Shown here one piece after another: positions 20,095 to 31,463 of a stretch of DNA of 64,000 bases (the first letter of the stretch is position 1; the number at the start of each line of letters is the position of its first letter). Origin of the DNA: an uncultured Pelagibacteraceae bacterium (lineage in GTDB: Bacteria > Pseudomonadota > Alphaproteobacteria > Pelagibacterales > Pelagibacteraceae); the NCBI GenBank assembly GCA_902555465.1, contig CACDSN010000004.1, forward strand, positions 14,860 through 78,859, written 5' to 3'. A program made the translations under genes and the position numbers. The notes beneath the pieces are model-generated. The model made no database searches. It was not told the origin of the DNA and was given only the letters and a program-made list of their open reading frames with translations.

Positions 20095-20138
20095 TCTAGG
20101 ATTCACAAAACACATAATTCAGTATATTCCTAGAAATA

Positions 20139-21500
20139 ATGAGTAAAGATATATTTTTAACTAATTCTTTTGGAAATAAGAAAGAAAAATTCAAACCAAT
20201 TGATCCAAAAAAAATAGGCATGTATGTATGTGGACCAACTGTATATGATGATCCTCACATTGGCAATGCAAGACCTTTAGTTATTTTTGATATCTTATTT
20301 AAGATTTTAAAATCAAAATTTAATAACAGTTTAATTATATATGTAAGAAATATTACTGATGTTGATGATAAAATTATTATTACCTCAAAAGAAAAAAAAA
20401 TACCTATTTCTGAACTCACAAATAAAATTATCAATAATTTTCATAAAGATTGTGATTATTTATTTTGCGAAAAACCAACTCATGAACCAAAAGCGACAGA
20501 GAATATAGATCTAATGATTAAAATGATATCAGATTTAATTTCTAAGGGATATGCTTATGAAAAAAATAGCCATGTTTATTTTGAAGTAGAAAAATTTAAA
20601 GATTATGGAAAATTATCAAACAAAAACTTAGATGAACTAGTTGCAGGTTCGAGAGTAGTTGTCTCAAAAAATAAAATTAACCCTGCAGATTTCGTATTGT
20701 GGAAGCCCTCTAAAGATGACGAACCTTCATGGCCATCACCTTGGGGCAATGGTAGGCCCGGTTGGCATCTTGAATGTTCAGTAATGTCTAAAAAATTTTT
20801 AGACAATGAATTTGATATCCATGGAGGCGGTAGAGATTTAATTTTTCCTCATCATGAAAATGAAATAGCTCAATCAAGATGTGCAAATGATACAAAATCA
20901 TTTGCAAAATACTGGATACATAATGGATTTATTACAATGTCTAATGAAAAAATGGCTAAATCACAGGGCAATATTTTAAAAATCAGTGACTTTAAGAATA
21001 AAATTAGCGGACAAGTATTAAGATTAGCTTTAATTAATACTCATTATAGACAACCTTTAGATTGGAATGATGAATTAATTAAGAATTGTCAAAATATATT
21101 AGATAAATGGTACTCAGTTTATACAAAGGTAAATCAAACATATTCTTTGCCAAATGAAATTTTGGAGTCTTTGTTTGATGACATTAATACCCCAGGTTAT
21201 ATCGCAAAATTACACGAACTTTATAATTTAGCAAATAAAGGAGATGATAAAGATAAACAATTATTTATTAAAGCATGTAATTTTATTGGTTTGCTTGTTG
21301 AAGATAAAGAAACATGGAATTCATATAAAATGGTAAATATTAAGATTTCTAAAAGCGAGATACTAAACAAAATAAAGACGAGAAATATAGCAAGAAAAAA
21401 CAAAGATTTTGAATTAGCTGATAAGATTAGAAATGAATTATTTGAAAATGGTATTCTAATTGAAGACAAAGATGATACAACGTTATGGAAATACAAATGA
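20139..21500 (+). CDS. cysS: Cysteine--tRNA ligase
   Basis: CGPTVY, HIGN, GRPGWHLEC, FPHHENE, KMAKS. Confidence 0.97.
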   Translation: MSKDIFLTNSFGNKKEKFKPIDPKKIGMYVCGPTVYDDPHIGNARPLVIFDILFKILKSKFNNSLIIYVRNITDVDDKIIITSKEKKIPISELTNKIINNFHKDCDYLFCEKPTHEPKATENIDLMIKMISDLISKGYAYEKNSHVYFEVEKFKDYGKLSNKNLDELVAGSRVVVSKNKINPADFVLWKPSKDDEPSWPSPWGNGRPGWHLECSVMSKKFLDNEFDIHGGGRDLIFPHHENEIAQSRCANDTKSFAKYWIHNGFITMSNEKMAKSQGNILKISDFKNKISGQVLRLALINTHYRQPLDWNDELIKNCQNILDKWYSVYTKVNQTYSLPNEILESLFDDINTPGYIAKLHELYNLANKGDDKDKQLFIKACNFIGLLVEDKETWNSYKMVNIKISKSEILNKIKTRNIARKNKDFELADKIRNELFENGILIEDKDDTTLWKYK

Positions 21501-23095
21501 GTAAAGAGAAATTATACATATTTGATACTACTTTAAGAGATGGAGCACAAACTCAGGGTGTAGATTTTTCAATTGATGAGAAAATTAAAATTGCAGAGGC
21601 TTTAGATATTCTAGGAGTTGATTATATAGAAGGTGGATGGCCTGGTGCAAATCCAACAGACACAGAATTTTTTCAAAAAGTAAATAAATTTAAAAATTCA
21701 ACATTAACTGCCTTTGGAATGACTAAAAAAGTTGGAAGAAGTGCTGAAAATGATCCTGGGCTTTCTGCATTACTAAATACAAATGCTCCAGCAATTTGTT
21801 TAGTTGGTAAATCATGGGATTTTCATGTTGATGTGGCCCTAGGTATTTCTAAAGACGAAAACTTAGAAAATATTTCTGAAAGCGCTAAACATTTTGTTTC
21901 TCAAAAAAAAGAATTTATGTTCGATGCAGAACATTTTTTTGATGGTTATAAAAATAACAAAGAATATGCACTTTCTTGTATAAAAGCAGCCTATGAAAAT
22001 GGTGCAAGGTGGGTAGTGCTTTGTGATACAAATGGTGGAACCTTACCAAACGAAATATTTGAAATTATAACAGAAGTGAAGAAAGTTATACCTGGAGGAA
22101 ATTTAGGAATTCATGCACATAATGATACAGAAAACGCAGTTTCAAATTCACTTTCTGCAGTACTTGCGGGTGTAAGACAAATCCAAGGAACCATTAATGG
22201 TTTGGGCGAGAGATGTGGAAATGCAAATTTAATGTCAGTTATTCCAAGTTTATATTTAAAAAAAGTTTTTAAAGATAAATTTGAAATTAATATTAAAGAA
22301 AAAAATATTAAAAATCTTACGCAATGTTCAAGATTGTTAGATGAAATATTAAATAGAAAACCAAATCAACACTTACCATATGTTGGTGCTTCAGCATTTT
22401 CTCACAAAGGTGGTTTACACGTATCAGCAGTTCAAAAAGATCCAAGAACTTATGAGCATATTAAACCAGAATTAGTGGGCAATTCAAGAAGCATTGTAGT
22501 TTCAGATCAATCAGGCAAATCTAATATAATTTCCAGGTTAAACTCTATTGGTATAGAATTTGAGGAAAACGATCCAAAGATTAAAAAATTATTAGATGAG
22601 GTAAAAGGAAGAGAATTCATTGGGTACAGTTATGATGGTGCAGATGCTTCTTTTGAATTATTAGCTAGGAGAATAATAGGAACAATACCCAGATATATTT
22701 CTATTAACGATTATGAAGTAACAGTTAAAAAAAAAACTGATCAAATCATATCTTTTGCAAAAGCCACATTGGTTGTTGATAATAACTCGATTGTTTGCGA
22801 AGGTGAAGGAAATGGTCCAGTGCATGCATTAGACAACGCAATAAGAAATAATATTGATAAGTTAGCCAAATATTCTGAATATTTAAAAGATTTAAAACTA
22901 GTAGATTATAAAGTAAGAATTCTTAACACGGGGACTGAGGCAACAACGAGAGTATCTATTGAAAGTACAGACTCTAAGGGAAAAAATTGGTTTACAATTG
23001 GGGTTTCTCCAAACATTATTGATGCATCATTTAAAGCCTTAGTTGATAGCTTGGACTATAAATTATTCAAAGATAACGCTCCTGCTAGTACGTAA
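21497..23095 (+). CDS. cimA: Citramalate synthase (start at ATGA overlap with cysS stop)
   Basis: DTTLRDGAQ, EGGWPGANP, FDAEHFFDG, HAHND, GERCGN, DYKVRIL. Confidence 0.9.
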   Translation: MSKEKLYIFDTTLRDGAQTQGVDFSIDEKIKIAEALDILGVDYIEGGWPGANPTDTEFFQKVNKFKNSTLTAFGMTKKVGRSAENDPGLSALLNTNAPAICLVGKSWDFHVDVALGISKDENLENISESAKHFVSQKKEFMFDAEHFFDGYKNNKEYALSCIKAAYENGARWVVLCDTNGGTLPNEIFEIITEVKKVIPGGNLGIHAHNDTENAVSNSLSAVLAGVRQIQGTINGLGERCGNANLMSVIPSLYLKKVFKDKFEINIKEKNIKNLTQCSRLLDEILNRKPNQHLPYVGASAFSHKGGLHVSAVQKDPRTYEHIKPELVGNSRSIVVSDQSGKSNIISRLNSIGIEFEENDPKIKKLLDEVKGREFIGYSYDGADASFELLARRIIGTIPRYISINDYEVTVKKKTDQIISFAKATLVVDNNSIVCEGEGNGPVHALDNAIRNNIDKLAKYSEYLKDLKLVDYKVRILNTGTEATTRVSIESTDSKGKNWFTIGVSPNIIDASFKALVDSLDYKLFKDNAPAST

Positions 23096-23814
23096 TGTCA
23101 TTTAATAATATTTCATTTATTTTACATAAACCCCAACTATCAGAAAATATAGGCGCATGCGCAAGAGCAATTAAAAATTTTAGTTTTAGTAAATTGTTAT
23201 TAATTAATCCTAAACCTATTTTTCCTAATGATAAAATACTAGCAACGTCGGTTGGAGCCAAAGATATTATTAAAAAAGCTAATGTATTTAATAATATAGA
23301 GGACTCATTAAATAAACTTGATATTTTAATAGCTACATCTGCAAGATTTAGAAATAAAAATATTTCACATATAACTTTAGCTGATCTTAATAAGATCGAT
23401 TTCTCCAAAAAAATTGGTTTTTTGTTTGGATCAGAAGCCTCAGGGTTATCTAACAATGAGGTAAGTTATGCGGATTATACACTTCAGATACCAACAAGTA
23501 CAAATTTTAGATCATTGAATTTATCACATAGTCTAATAATTATTGCACAAACAGTAAGCGAACTAATTACAAAAAAAAATATTATATTTAAAAGATCTAA
23601 AAAAATTAAAAATGCTTCCAAAAAAGATATAAATAACATGCTTTCCTTATGTATAAAAAATTTAGAAGAAATACATTTTTTCCATCCTTCCGAAAAAAAA
23701 CCAATTATGATAGAAAATTTAAGAAGTATTTTTTTTAGGTTAAATTTATCTAAAAAAGAAACTCGCATATTATCAAGTGTATTTGCTTGTTTAGGTAAAA
23801 AAAAGGTTGATTGA
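23095..23814 (+). CDS. TrmJ/TrmH-family SPOUT RNA methyltransferase
   Basis: ENIGACARA, FGSEASGL, SLNLSHS. Confidence 0.88.
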   Translation: MSFNNISFILHKPQLSENIGACARAIKNFSFSKLLLINPKPIFPNDKILATSVGAKDIIKKANVFNNIEDSLNKLDILIATSARFRNKNISHITLADLNKIDFSKKIGFLFGSEASGLSNNEVSYADYTLQIPTSTNFRSLNLSHSLIIIAQTVSELITKKNIIFKRSKKIKNASKKDINNMLSLCIKNLEEIHFFHPSEKKPIMIENLRSIFFRLNLSKKETRILSSVFACLGKKKVD

Positions 23815-23841
23815 CAAAACTAAACTTGTGCTTATAAAGCG
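23811..23841 (+). promoter_or_regulatory. Putative rpsD promoter TTGACA-N16-TATAAA-GCG
   Basis: Consensus -35 at 23811-23816; -10 at 23833-23838. Confidence 0.65.
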
Positions 23842-23850
23842 ATTTATTCG

Positions 23851-24468
23851 ATGACAAAAAGATTAAATTCTAAACATAAAGTAGATAGAAGGCTGAGAGT
23901 AAACTTGTGGGGAAGACCAAAAAGCCCATTTAACTCAAGAGCTTACCCACCAGGTCAGCATGGACAAACTAAGTCAGCTAAACCCTCAGATTTTGGTGTT
24001 CAATTACAAGCAAAACAAAAATTAAAATCTTATTATGGGAACATGAATGAGAGACAATTTAGAAATTTATATAAAAAAGCTATTATGGCAAAAGGAAACA
24101 CAGCCGAGAATCTTATTGGATTATTAGAAAGAAGATTAGACGCAGTTGTATATCGATCTAAATTTGCAAACACGATTTTTTCATCAAGACAATTAATCAA
24201 TCACGGTCATGTAAAAGTTAACGGAAAAAAAGTAAATATTTCAAGTTATCAAGTCAAAGAAGAAGATTCTATTGAAATAAGAGACAAATCAAAACAACTT
24301 GCAATAATTGACGTAGCACTAGCAAATAAAGAGAGAGAAGTTCCCGAATATATACAGTCTGATGAAAAAAATAAAAAAGTTAAATTTGTTAGAATTCCAA
24401 AGTTTGAAGAGGTCCCATATCCAGTTGTGATGGAGCCTAACCTAGTTATTGAATATTATTCAAGATAA
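23851..24468 (+). CDS. rpsD: 30S ribosomal protein S4
   Basis: [30 protein letters not shown]. Confidence 0.98.
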   Translation: MTKRLNSKHKVDRRLRVNLWGRPKSPFNSRAYPPGQHGQTKSAKPSDFGVQLQAKQKLKSYYGNMNERQFRNLYKKAIMAKGNTAENLIGLLERRLDAVVYRSKFANTIFSSRQLINHGHVKVNGKKVNISSYQVKEEDSIEIRDKSKQLAIIDVALANKEREVPEYIQSDEKNKKVKFVRIPKFEEVPYPVVMEPNLVIEYYSR

Positions 24469-24474
24469 AAACTA

Positions 24475-25161
24475 ATGAGTCCAATCCAATATGATGGATT
24501 TGAATTAGAACATTTTGATTCAGCATATAATTTTAGAAAATATCAAGTTTCATTAATTAAAGATTATTTAAAAGGAAAATTATTGGAAGTAGGACCAGGA
24601 AAAGGTGGTTTAACATTTTTTTATAGTAAATTTGTAAACAAGCCAACGTTAATTGAACCAGAAAAAAAACTTTACAAATTATTAAAAAAAAAATTTAAAA
24701 ATAAAAATTTCATTATTAAAAACTATACAATTGATAAAATAAAAAATAAATTTGATACTATTATTTATTTTGATGTATTGGAGCATATTGAAAATGATTT
24801 ACACGAAATTATATCGGCAAGGAAAAAATTAAAAAAAAATAAATATTTAATTTTTAGCGTACCAGCATATCAATCATTTTATAGTAGTTTTGATAAATCT
24901 GTAGGCCACTTTAAAAGATATAATAAAAAAGATTTTATATTAATTTCAAAAAAAACTGGACTTAAAATTGACAAATTAATTTACTATGATTCTATTGGTT
25001 TTTTATTACTTGTTTTAAACAGATTTTTTTCTTTAAATCAGACAAGTTTAAAGAAAAAATTATTTTTTTGGAACCTATTAATACCATTATCAAAATTAAT
25101 TGATTTTTTAACATTTAATAAATTTGGTAAATCATTATTGTGTGTATTTAAAAATGATTAA
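24475..25161 (+). CDS. Class I SAM-dependent methyltransferase (glycan-associated type)
   Basis: LEVGPGKG, DVLEHIEND, VPAY...DKSVGHFKRY. Confidence 0.85.
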   Translation: MSPIQYDGFELEHFDSAYNFRKYQVSLIKDYLKGKLLEVGPGKGGLTFFYSKFVNKPTLIEPEKKLYKLLKKKFKNKNFIIKNYTIDKIKNKFDTIIYFDVLEHIENDLHEIISARKKLKKNKYLIFSVPAYQSFYSSFDKSVGHFKRYNKKDFILISKKTGLKIDKLIYYDSIGFLLLVLNRFFSLNQTSLKKKLFFWNLLIPLSKLIDFLTFNKFGKSLLCVFKND

Positions 25162-26737
25162 TTACAAAAATATTTTACTTACAATAATTTTTAGTATTTA
25201 TTTTTTAACAGGACTATATTTATCTGTTACAACTGGAATATCTCATGATCAATATCATGAACAATTAAATTGGCAAATAAATTTTCAAGCTATTAAAGGA
25301 TTATTTGAAAATAATGGAAACTATAAAATTCTTACTCAATATTTAGATAGATATCATGGAATTGCATTTCACTATATTTCACAACCGATTCAATTTTTAA
25401 TTTTTGAAAGTGTAGCTAAATTTAATAAAATAACTCTTGAAGGAGCATATTTAATTTCAAGACATGTACCTGTTTATTTAATTTTTTGCTTATCAGGATA
25501 TTTTTTTTACCTGTTAAGTTATAAAATTTCTAATAATAAAAATTTTTCACTTATTTGTATTAGTTTATTTTATCTTTATCCTTATTTGTTTGGTCATGCT
25601 TTAATAAATGGAAAAGATATACCATTTATGTCTATTTGGATTATATCAACATATTTTTTATTCATTCTAATTGAAAAATTTTACCACGATAATGAAATTA
25701 AAATTAAAGAAATTTTTATTATATCATTTTTGACTGCATTTTTAATAAGCATTAGAATTACTGGCATATTAATATTACTTGAATATTTAATTGCAATTAT
25801 CATTTTAACAAACGTAAAAAAAACTAATTTGCTATGGTTTTTAAATGTTAACAAAATTAACTTTCTGTACTTTATAATTTTTTCATTATTTTTTATTTAC
25901 ATATTAAATCCAGTTTTTTGGCTTAATCCTATGGAATTTTTTAATTCGATTTCATGGATGGGCAAGTACTATCATGATATTTGCACATTGACTCTTGGAA
26001 GTTGCATGGATGCATTAAATTTACCCTCAAGCTATATTTTTATTTGGTTGTTTTTTAAACTTCCGTTAATAATTTTACTAGGGTTGATTTTTTTTCCATT
26101 AATTGAAAATAAAATCTTTAATGATGGTTTGAAAACAATTTTTTACGGAATACTTTCTTTTACAGTAATTACGTTATTATTTATTTTTATTATTAAGAAC
26201 GTTGCATTATATGACGAAATAAGACATTTAATTTTTTTAATACCATTTATATTTTTGATAGGACTATATAATATTTTTATTTTAAATAAAAAGTTACTTT
26301 ATTTTTTCTCAATAATTGTAATATTTTTTTTTATTTTTGAAAATATTTCTTTAAAAAATTATCAATATACATGGATAAACTCACTAGCTAAATTTACAAA
26401 CATACAGAAAAATTTTGAGGTTGATTATTGGGGAATAAGTGGAAAAGAACTTAGTAAAAAAATAGTAAATCACTCTGAAAAAATAGATTTTGATAAACAA
26501 AATTGTATTTATGGAGGTCAGTACACCAATATATACTTAGAAAAATTTAATTATAATTGCTTTAAATCTTATAGTGCTCTTGATGCCGCTAAGAAAAGAC
26601 CTTACTATGTATTACAAAATGTTAGAAATATTAAAAGATCTAATCCCAAGGATTGTAAATTGATTTATAGCGAAGGTTATACCTACACATTCATGAAAAA
26701 TAAAATCAAAACTGGAATTTTGTGGTACTGTGATTAA
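25154..26737 (+). CDS. Polytopic membrane protein, probable GT-C (ArnT/PMT-like) glycosyltransferase
   Basis: About 11 TM segments, acidic SHDQYHE loop after TM1, GHALINGKDIPF, YDEIRH, VDYWG; start chosen at ATG overlapping the upstream gene end. Confidence 0.65.
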   Translation: MINYKNILLTIIFSIYFLTGLYLSVTTGISHDQYHEQLNWQINFQAIKGLFENNGNYKILTQYLDRYHGIAFHYISQPIQFLIFESVAKFNKITLEGAYLISRHVPVYLIFCLSGYFFYLLSYKISNNKNFSLICISLFYLYPYLFGHALINGKDIPFMSIWIISTYFLFILIEKFYHDNEIKIKEIFIISFLTAFLISIRITGILILLEYLIAIIILTNVKKTNLLWFLNVNKINFLYFIIFSLFFIYILNPVFWLNPMEFFNSISWMGKYYHDICTLTLGSCMDALNLPSSYIFIWLFFKLPLIILLGLIFFPLIENKIFNDGLKTIFYGILSFTVITLLFIFIIKNVALYDEIRHLIFLIPFIFLIGLYNIFILNKKLLYFFSIIVIFFFIFENISLKNYQYTWINSLAKFTNIQKNFEVDYWGISGKELSKKIVNHSEKIDFDKQNCIYGGQYTNIYLEKFNYNCFKSYSALDAAKKRPYYVLQNVRNIKRSNPKDCKLIYSEGYTYTFMKNKIKTGILWYCD

Positions 26738-27006
26738 TTGTTTTTCTCTGCTTCAGCTAATTCCAAAGCAATTTTATTTAAAAAATCGTTTATTAATTTT
26801 GCGTCTTCTTTAGACAAATATCTTTCCTTCTTAATTGCTTTTTTTAATTCTTCTCGAATTTTATCAACACCATCTTTTCTTCCTTCTTTGCTTAATAGTA
26901 TGTCACTTTTAGATGTTATATTTTTAATTTGTTTAGCAATGGTAAGTTCATAAACTAATACAATGGCAATTACAGCAATTACAGTTTTATAAATAAAACT
27001 TTTCAT
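26734..27006 (-). CDS. Small hypothetical protein with N-terminal membrane anchor
   Basis: 90 aa, hydrophobic N-terminus then charged helix; ATGA overlap with grxD stop. Confidence 0.7.
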   Translation of the reverse strand: MKSFIYKTVIAVIAIVLVYELTIAKQIKNITSKSDILLSKEGRKDGVDKIREELKKAIKKERYLSKEDAKLINDFLNKIALELAEAEKNN

Positions 27007-27335
27007 GATTTAAAAGAAATGTTCTTGCTATCAAAAACTTTTTTAAGCTCTCCATTCTCATACATTTCTTTTACAATATCACATCCACCAATAAATTCAT
27101 TTTTAACATACAACTGAGGAATTGTGGGCCAATCACTATATTTTTTAATACCTTCTCTTAGGTTTTGATTTTCTAAAACATTAACTCCTTTAAAATTTAC
27201 TTCTAATATTTTTAAAATATTTGAAACAGCCATTGAAAAACCACATTGAGGAGCGTCTGGCGTTCCTTTCATAAATAAGCAAACATCGTTGTTTTCTATT
27301 TCTTTTTTAATTAATTCATTAGTTTGTTGATCCAT
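27003..27335 (-). CDS. grxD: Monothiol glutaredoxin Grx4
   Basis: FMKGTP..PQCGFS, WPTIPQLY, GGCDI. Confidence 0.96.
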   Translation of the reverse strand: MDQQTNELIKKEIENNDVCLFMKGTPDAPQCGFSMAVSNILKILEVNFKGVNVLENQNLREGIKKYSDWPTIPQLYVKNEFIGGCDIVKEMYENGELKKVFDSKNISFKS

Positions 27336-27566
27336 TTAAATCTCCTTTGTTTTAATTGCTAATGCATGAAGTTCATTACCCATTTTTCCTTTTAATGAAT
27401 TATAAACCATTTTGTGCTGTTCTATTTTACTTTTACCTGAAAATTGAGGTGATGTAACTGTTGCTGAATAATGATTACCATCACCAGCTAAATCTTGAAT
27501 TTCAATTGTTGCTTCAGGCATAGCTTCTTTAATTAAATTCTCAATTTCTTTTAAATCCATTGCCAT
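27336..27566 (-). CDS. bolA: BolA family protein
   Basis: GDGNHY, QHKMVY, LHAL; next to grxD. Confidence 0.93.
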   Translation of the reverse strand: MAMDLKEIENLIKEAMPEATIEIQDLAGDGNHYSATVTSPQFSGKSKIEQHKMVYNSLKGKMGNELHALAIKTKEI

Positions 27567-29761
27567 TAGTTATTCATATACTCCTTTAACCAATACTTAT
27601 GTGTATTTGCTAATTCTTCAATAGGCAAATTGATATCATCATTAAAATTCATCTGATTTTCTTGGATTACTCCTAAATTATCGTAATGCACGGAATTATT
27701 GTTTAATATTTCAATTACTTTCTGAACATTATCTTTAGGTATTTCAACAATATATCGAGCCTGATCTTCTCCAAAAAAATATTCATATTTATTTGTTAAC
27801 CCTTTTAAATTATTTATTTTTATACCTTTATTACCCAAAATACACATTTTAGATATAGCTGGCAGTATTCCACCTAAAGATACATCATGACAACTGACTA
27901 TCAGTTTTTTATCAATCAAAGCTAAAATAGTTTCACCAATATTTCTTTCATTAAATAAATTAATACTTGGTGGTGGTCCTTTTTTTTCATTTAAAATATC
28001 TTTTGCAAATATACTTTGACCTAGATGGCCTTCAGTTTTTCCAACAACAAAAATGGAATTTTCAATCTTTTTAAAATCCATTGATATCATATTTTTATAA
28101 TCTTTTATTAGTCCCACTCCTCCTATTGCTGGTGTAGGTTTAATACCTATATCTTTAGTTTCATTGTAGAATGAAACATTTCCTGAAACTACTGGAAAAT
28201 CTAAAAACTTACTAGCTTCTGCTATACCTTCCACACATTCAACAAATTCTCCCATATTTTTTTCTTTTTCAGGGTTTCCAAAGTTTAAACAATTAGTAAT
28301 CGCTATTGGTTTTGCTCCCACTGAAATTAAATTTCTCCAACTTTCGCATACAACTTGTTTTCCGCCAGTAAGTGGATGTGAAAAACAATACGATGCTGAT
28401 GAATCTACAGATGCAGCTACTGCTTTTTTAGTTCCATGAACTCTAACAACACCAGCATCACCACCGGGTTTCTGAATTGTATCACCCATCACTGTATGAT
28501 CATATTGGTCCCAAATCCATTTTTTTTCTGAAATATTTGGATTGCTTAAAATCTTTTTTAAACAATCAGATAAATTTAAAGATTTGAAATTATCTTTATT
28601 TAATCTTAGTTTTTGGGGAAGTTTCGTTTTTTTCCACTTTCTTTCATAAACAGGTGCATTTTCTGCTAATAGATTAATTGGAATTTCAGCTACTTTATTA
28701 TTTTCAAAAATTAATTCTATCTTTTTTGTATTTGTAGTTTTTCCAATTACGGCAAAATCCAAATTCCATTTGTCAAAAATCTTTTTTGCATGATTTTCCT
28801 TTCCATTTTCAAGCACTATTAGCATTCTCTCTTGGCTTTCAGAAAGCATTATTTCATATGGAGACATTTTTTGTTCTCTACATGGAACTTTGCTTAAATC
28901 TAATTCAATTCCAAGATTTCCTTTTGATGCCATTTCTACACTTGAAGATGTTAGACCAGCCGCACCCATATCTTGAATTGCTATAATCGAATTATCTGCC
29001 ATTAGCTCCAAGCATGCTTCCAATAATAATTTTTCAGTAAAAGGATCTCCTACTTGAACTGTAGGTTTTTTTTCTTCAATTTTATCATCAAATGTAGCAG
29101 AAGCCATACTGGCACCATGAATACCATCTCTACCAGTTTTTGATCCAACATAAATTACAGGTTTATTTAATCCTGCAGCTTTAGAGTAAAATATTTTATT
29201 TTTATTTACTAATCCTAAGGTCATAGCGTTGACTAATATATTTCCATTGTAAGACTCATCAAAAGAGGTTTGCCCAGCAATAGTAGGAACCCCAATACAA
29301 TTTCCATATCCACCAATCCCCTTGACCACACCCCTTAAAAGATTTTTAGTTTTTTTATGTTGGGGTGAACCAAAGTGAATAGAATTTAAATTTGCAATAG
29401 GTCTAGCTCCCATTGTAAAGACATCTCTCATAATTCCACCTACACCAGTAGCAGCACCTTGATAAGGTTCTATAAATGACGGATGGTTGTGACTTTCTAT
29501 TTTAAAAACAATAGCATCATCATCTCCAATATCAATTACACCAGCATTTTCCCCTGGTCCCTGAATAACTTGTTTCCCTTTAGTGTGTAATTTTTTTAAA
29601 TGTTTCCTTGATGATTTATATGAACAATGTTCATTCCACATTGCTGAAAAGATTGCAAGTTCAGTAATATTAGGTGTACGTTTTAACAATTTACAAATTT
29701 TAGAAAATTCATCTTTTTTTAAACCATGCTCGATTGCAATTTGTTCCGTAACTTGAGTCAT
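27566..29761 (-). CDS. purL: FGAM synthase subunit PurL
   Basis: WNEHCSYKSS, ESHNHPS, QDMGAAGL, SESQERM. Confidence 0.97.
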   Translation of the reverse strand: MTQVTEQIAIEHGLKKDEFSKICKLLKRTPNITELAIFSAMWNEHCSYKSSRKHLKKLHTKGKQVIQGPGENAGVIDIGDDDAIVFKIESHNHPSFIEPYQGAATGVGGIMRDVFTMGARPIANLNSIHFGSPQHKKTKNLLRGVVKGIGGYGNCIGVPTIAGQTSFDESYNGNILVNAMTLGLVNKNKIFYSKAAGLNKPVIYVGSKTGRDGIHGASMASATFDDKIEEKKPTVQVGDPFTEKLLLEACLELMADNSIIAIQDMGAAGLTSSSVEMASKGNLGIELDLSKVPCREQKMSPYEIMLSESQERMLIVLENGKENHAKKIFDKWNLDFAVIGKTTNTKKIELIFENNKVAEIPINLLAENAPVYERKWKKTKLPQKLRLNKDNFKSLNLSDCLKKILSNPNISEKKWIWDQYDHTVMGDTIQKPGGDAGVVRVHGTKKAVAASVDSSASYCFSHPLTGGKQVVCESWRNLISVGAKPIAITNCLNFGNPEKEKNMGEFVECVEGIAEASKFLDFPVVSGNVSFYNETKDIGIKPTPAIGGVGLIKDYKNMISMDFKKIENSIFVVGKTEGHLGQSIFAKDILNEKKGPPPSINLFNERNIGETILALIDKKLIVSCHDVSLGGILPAISKMCILGNKGIKINNLKGLTNKYEYFFGEDQARYIVEIPKDNVQKVIEILNNNSVHYDNLGVIQENQMNFNDDINLPIEELANTHKYWLKEYMNN

Positions 29762-30441
29762 TTCATGTTTCCTAAAAGATTTTCAAAGAATAGAGAACCA
29801 TCTTCTCCAGACAAATATTTATCAATCATCCTCTCAGGATGTGGCATCATCCCTAAAACATTTTTATTTTTATTAAATATTCCCGCTATATTTTTGATGG
29901 CTCCATTGGGATTATTTTCATCATTTTCTAAACCTTCAGAATTGCAATAAGTGGCGGCTATTTGATTGTTGTCTTCTAGATTTTTTAACTCATCATCTGT
30001 GCAAAAGAAATTTCCCTCATTATGGGCAATGTGTAATTCTAAAATATCCTTCTTGATGTTTTTGAAAAATTTATTTTTTTTATCCTTAACTTTAACAAAT
30101 ACATTTTTACAAATAAAATTTAGATATTTATTTTGCTGAAGAATTCCAGTTAATAAACCTGTCTCAGTTAATATTTGAAATCCATTACAAATACCTAGCA
30201 CTAATCCTCCAGAATGAGCAAAATCGATTACCGATTTAATAATTTTTGATTTTGATGCAATACTTCCACATCTTAAATAATCTCCATAAGAAAAACCACC
30301 AGGTAATACTATTAAATCACTTTTTGGCATTGATTGATCATTGTGCCAGACCATAGTGTTTTTAAAGCCAAATTTTGTAAGAGCTACATCCATGTCTCTA
30401 TCGCAATTTGAACCTGGAAATATAATTACTGAGGACTTCAT
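29758..30441 (-). CDS. purQ: FGAM synthase glutaminase subunit PurQ
   Basis: FPGSNCD, PGGFSYGD, GICNG, MMPHPER. Confidence 0.97.
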   Translation of the reverse strand: MKSSVIIFPGSNCDRDMDVALTKFGFKNTMVWHNDQSMPKSDLIVLPGGFSYGDYLRCGSIASKSKIIKSVIDFAHSGGLVLGICNGFQILTETGLLTGILQQNKYLNFICKNVFVKVKDKKNKFFKNIKKDILELHIAHNEGNFFCTDDELKNLEDNNQIAATYCNSEGLENDENNPNGAIKNIAGIFNKNKNVLGMMPHPERMIDKYLSGEDGSLFFENLLGNMK

Positions 30442-30447
30442 CAAAGA

Positions 30448-30681
30448 TTAAATGATTTTATAATCCTCAATGACTAGATTTGCTAAAAGTTTTTTACACA
30501 TTTCTTCAACTTGCCTTTTAGCATTTTCTTCATTATTCTCGTTTACATTTATTTCAAAAAACTTACCTTGTCTTACTTCCTCGACGTTTGAAAAATTCAT
30601 TCCATTTAAGGTTTGTTGAATTGCTTTACCTTGTGGGTCTAAGACACCATTTTTTAAAGTGACTATTACTTTAATTTTCAT
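30448..30681 (-). CDS. purS: FGAM synthase subunit PurS
   Basis: VLDPQG, VRQGK, LLANLVIE. Confidence 0.96.
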   Translation of the reverse strand: MKIKVIVTLKNGVLDPQGKAIQQTLNGMNFSNVEEVRQGKFFEINVNENNEENAKRQVEEMCKKLLANLVIEDYKII

Positions 30682-31463
30682 TATTTTTTCTTAATTTTAA
30701 CTGCAGTAGGTTTGAGAAATTTGATTGGTCTTACATTGTTTATCTGTTCATGAAGAATTCCCAACCTTCTTGCAACCTCTTGGTAAGCCTCAACAACATC
30801 TCCTAGATCTTTTCGAAATCTATCTTTATCTAATTTTTTATCTGTATTAGCATCCCACAATCTACAAGTATCAGGACTAATTTCATCAGCTAGTATAATT
30901 TTTCCATCAGATTTTCTTTTTCCAAATTCAAGTTTGAAATCAACCAATTTTATTCCAACACCTTTAAACATACCTTGTAAAAAATCGTTAATTCTTAAGC
31001 ACTGCTCAGTTATATAATCTAATTCAATAACTGATGCCCACTCAAATGCATAAATGTGTTCTCTTGCAATTAATGGGTCGCCTAATTCATCATTCTTATA
31101 ACAAAATTCTATTAATGGATTGTTTAGTTTAGTTCCATCTTCTATGCCTAATCGTTTTGTCAAGGATCCGGTGACAATGTTTCTTACCACAAATTCTATT
31201 GGTATGATGTCAACTAAATCAATTAATTGTTCTCTCATATTAAGACGTTTAATTAAATGATTTTCTATACCAGCATCTTTTAATGCAGATAAGATATGTT
31301 CTGAAATTCTATTATTTAATATTCCTTTGCCTTCGATATTTGCTTTTTTTAGATTATTGAATGCAGTTGCATCATCTTTGAAATGTTGAATAACTTGATT
31401 CTTGTCAGCAGAAGCAAATATAATTTTTGCTTTTCCTTCGTAAAGCTTTTTACCTTTTTTCAT
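30681..31463 (-). CDS. purC: SAICAR synthetase
   Basis: [32 protein letters not shown]. Confidence 0.97.
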   Translation of the reverse strand: MKKGKKLYEGKAKIIFASADKNQVIQHFKDDATAFNNLKKANIEGKGILNNRISEHILSALKDAGIENHLIKRLNMREQLIDLVDIIPIEFVVRNIVTGSLTKRLGIEDGTKLNNPLIEFCYKNDELGDPLIAREHIYAFEWASVIELDYITEQCLRINDFLQGMFKGVGIKLVDFKLEFGKRKSDGKIILADEISPDTCRLWDANTDKKLDKDRFRKDLGDVVEAYQEVARRLGILHEQINNVRPIKFLKPTAVKIKKK

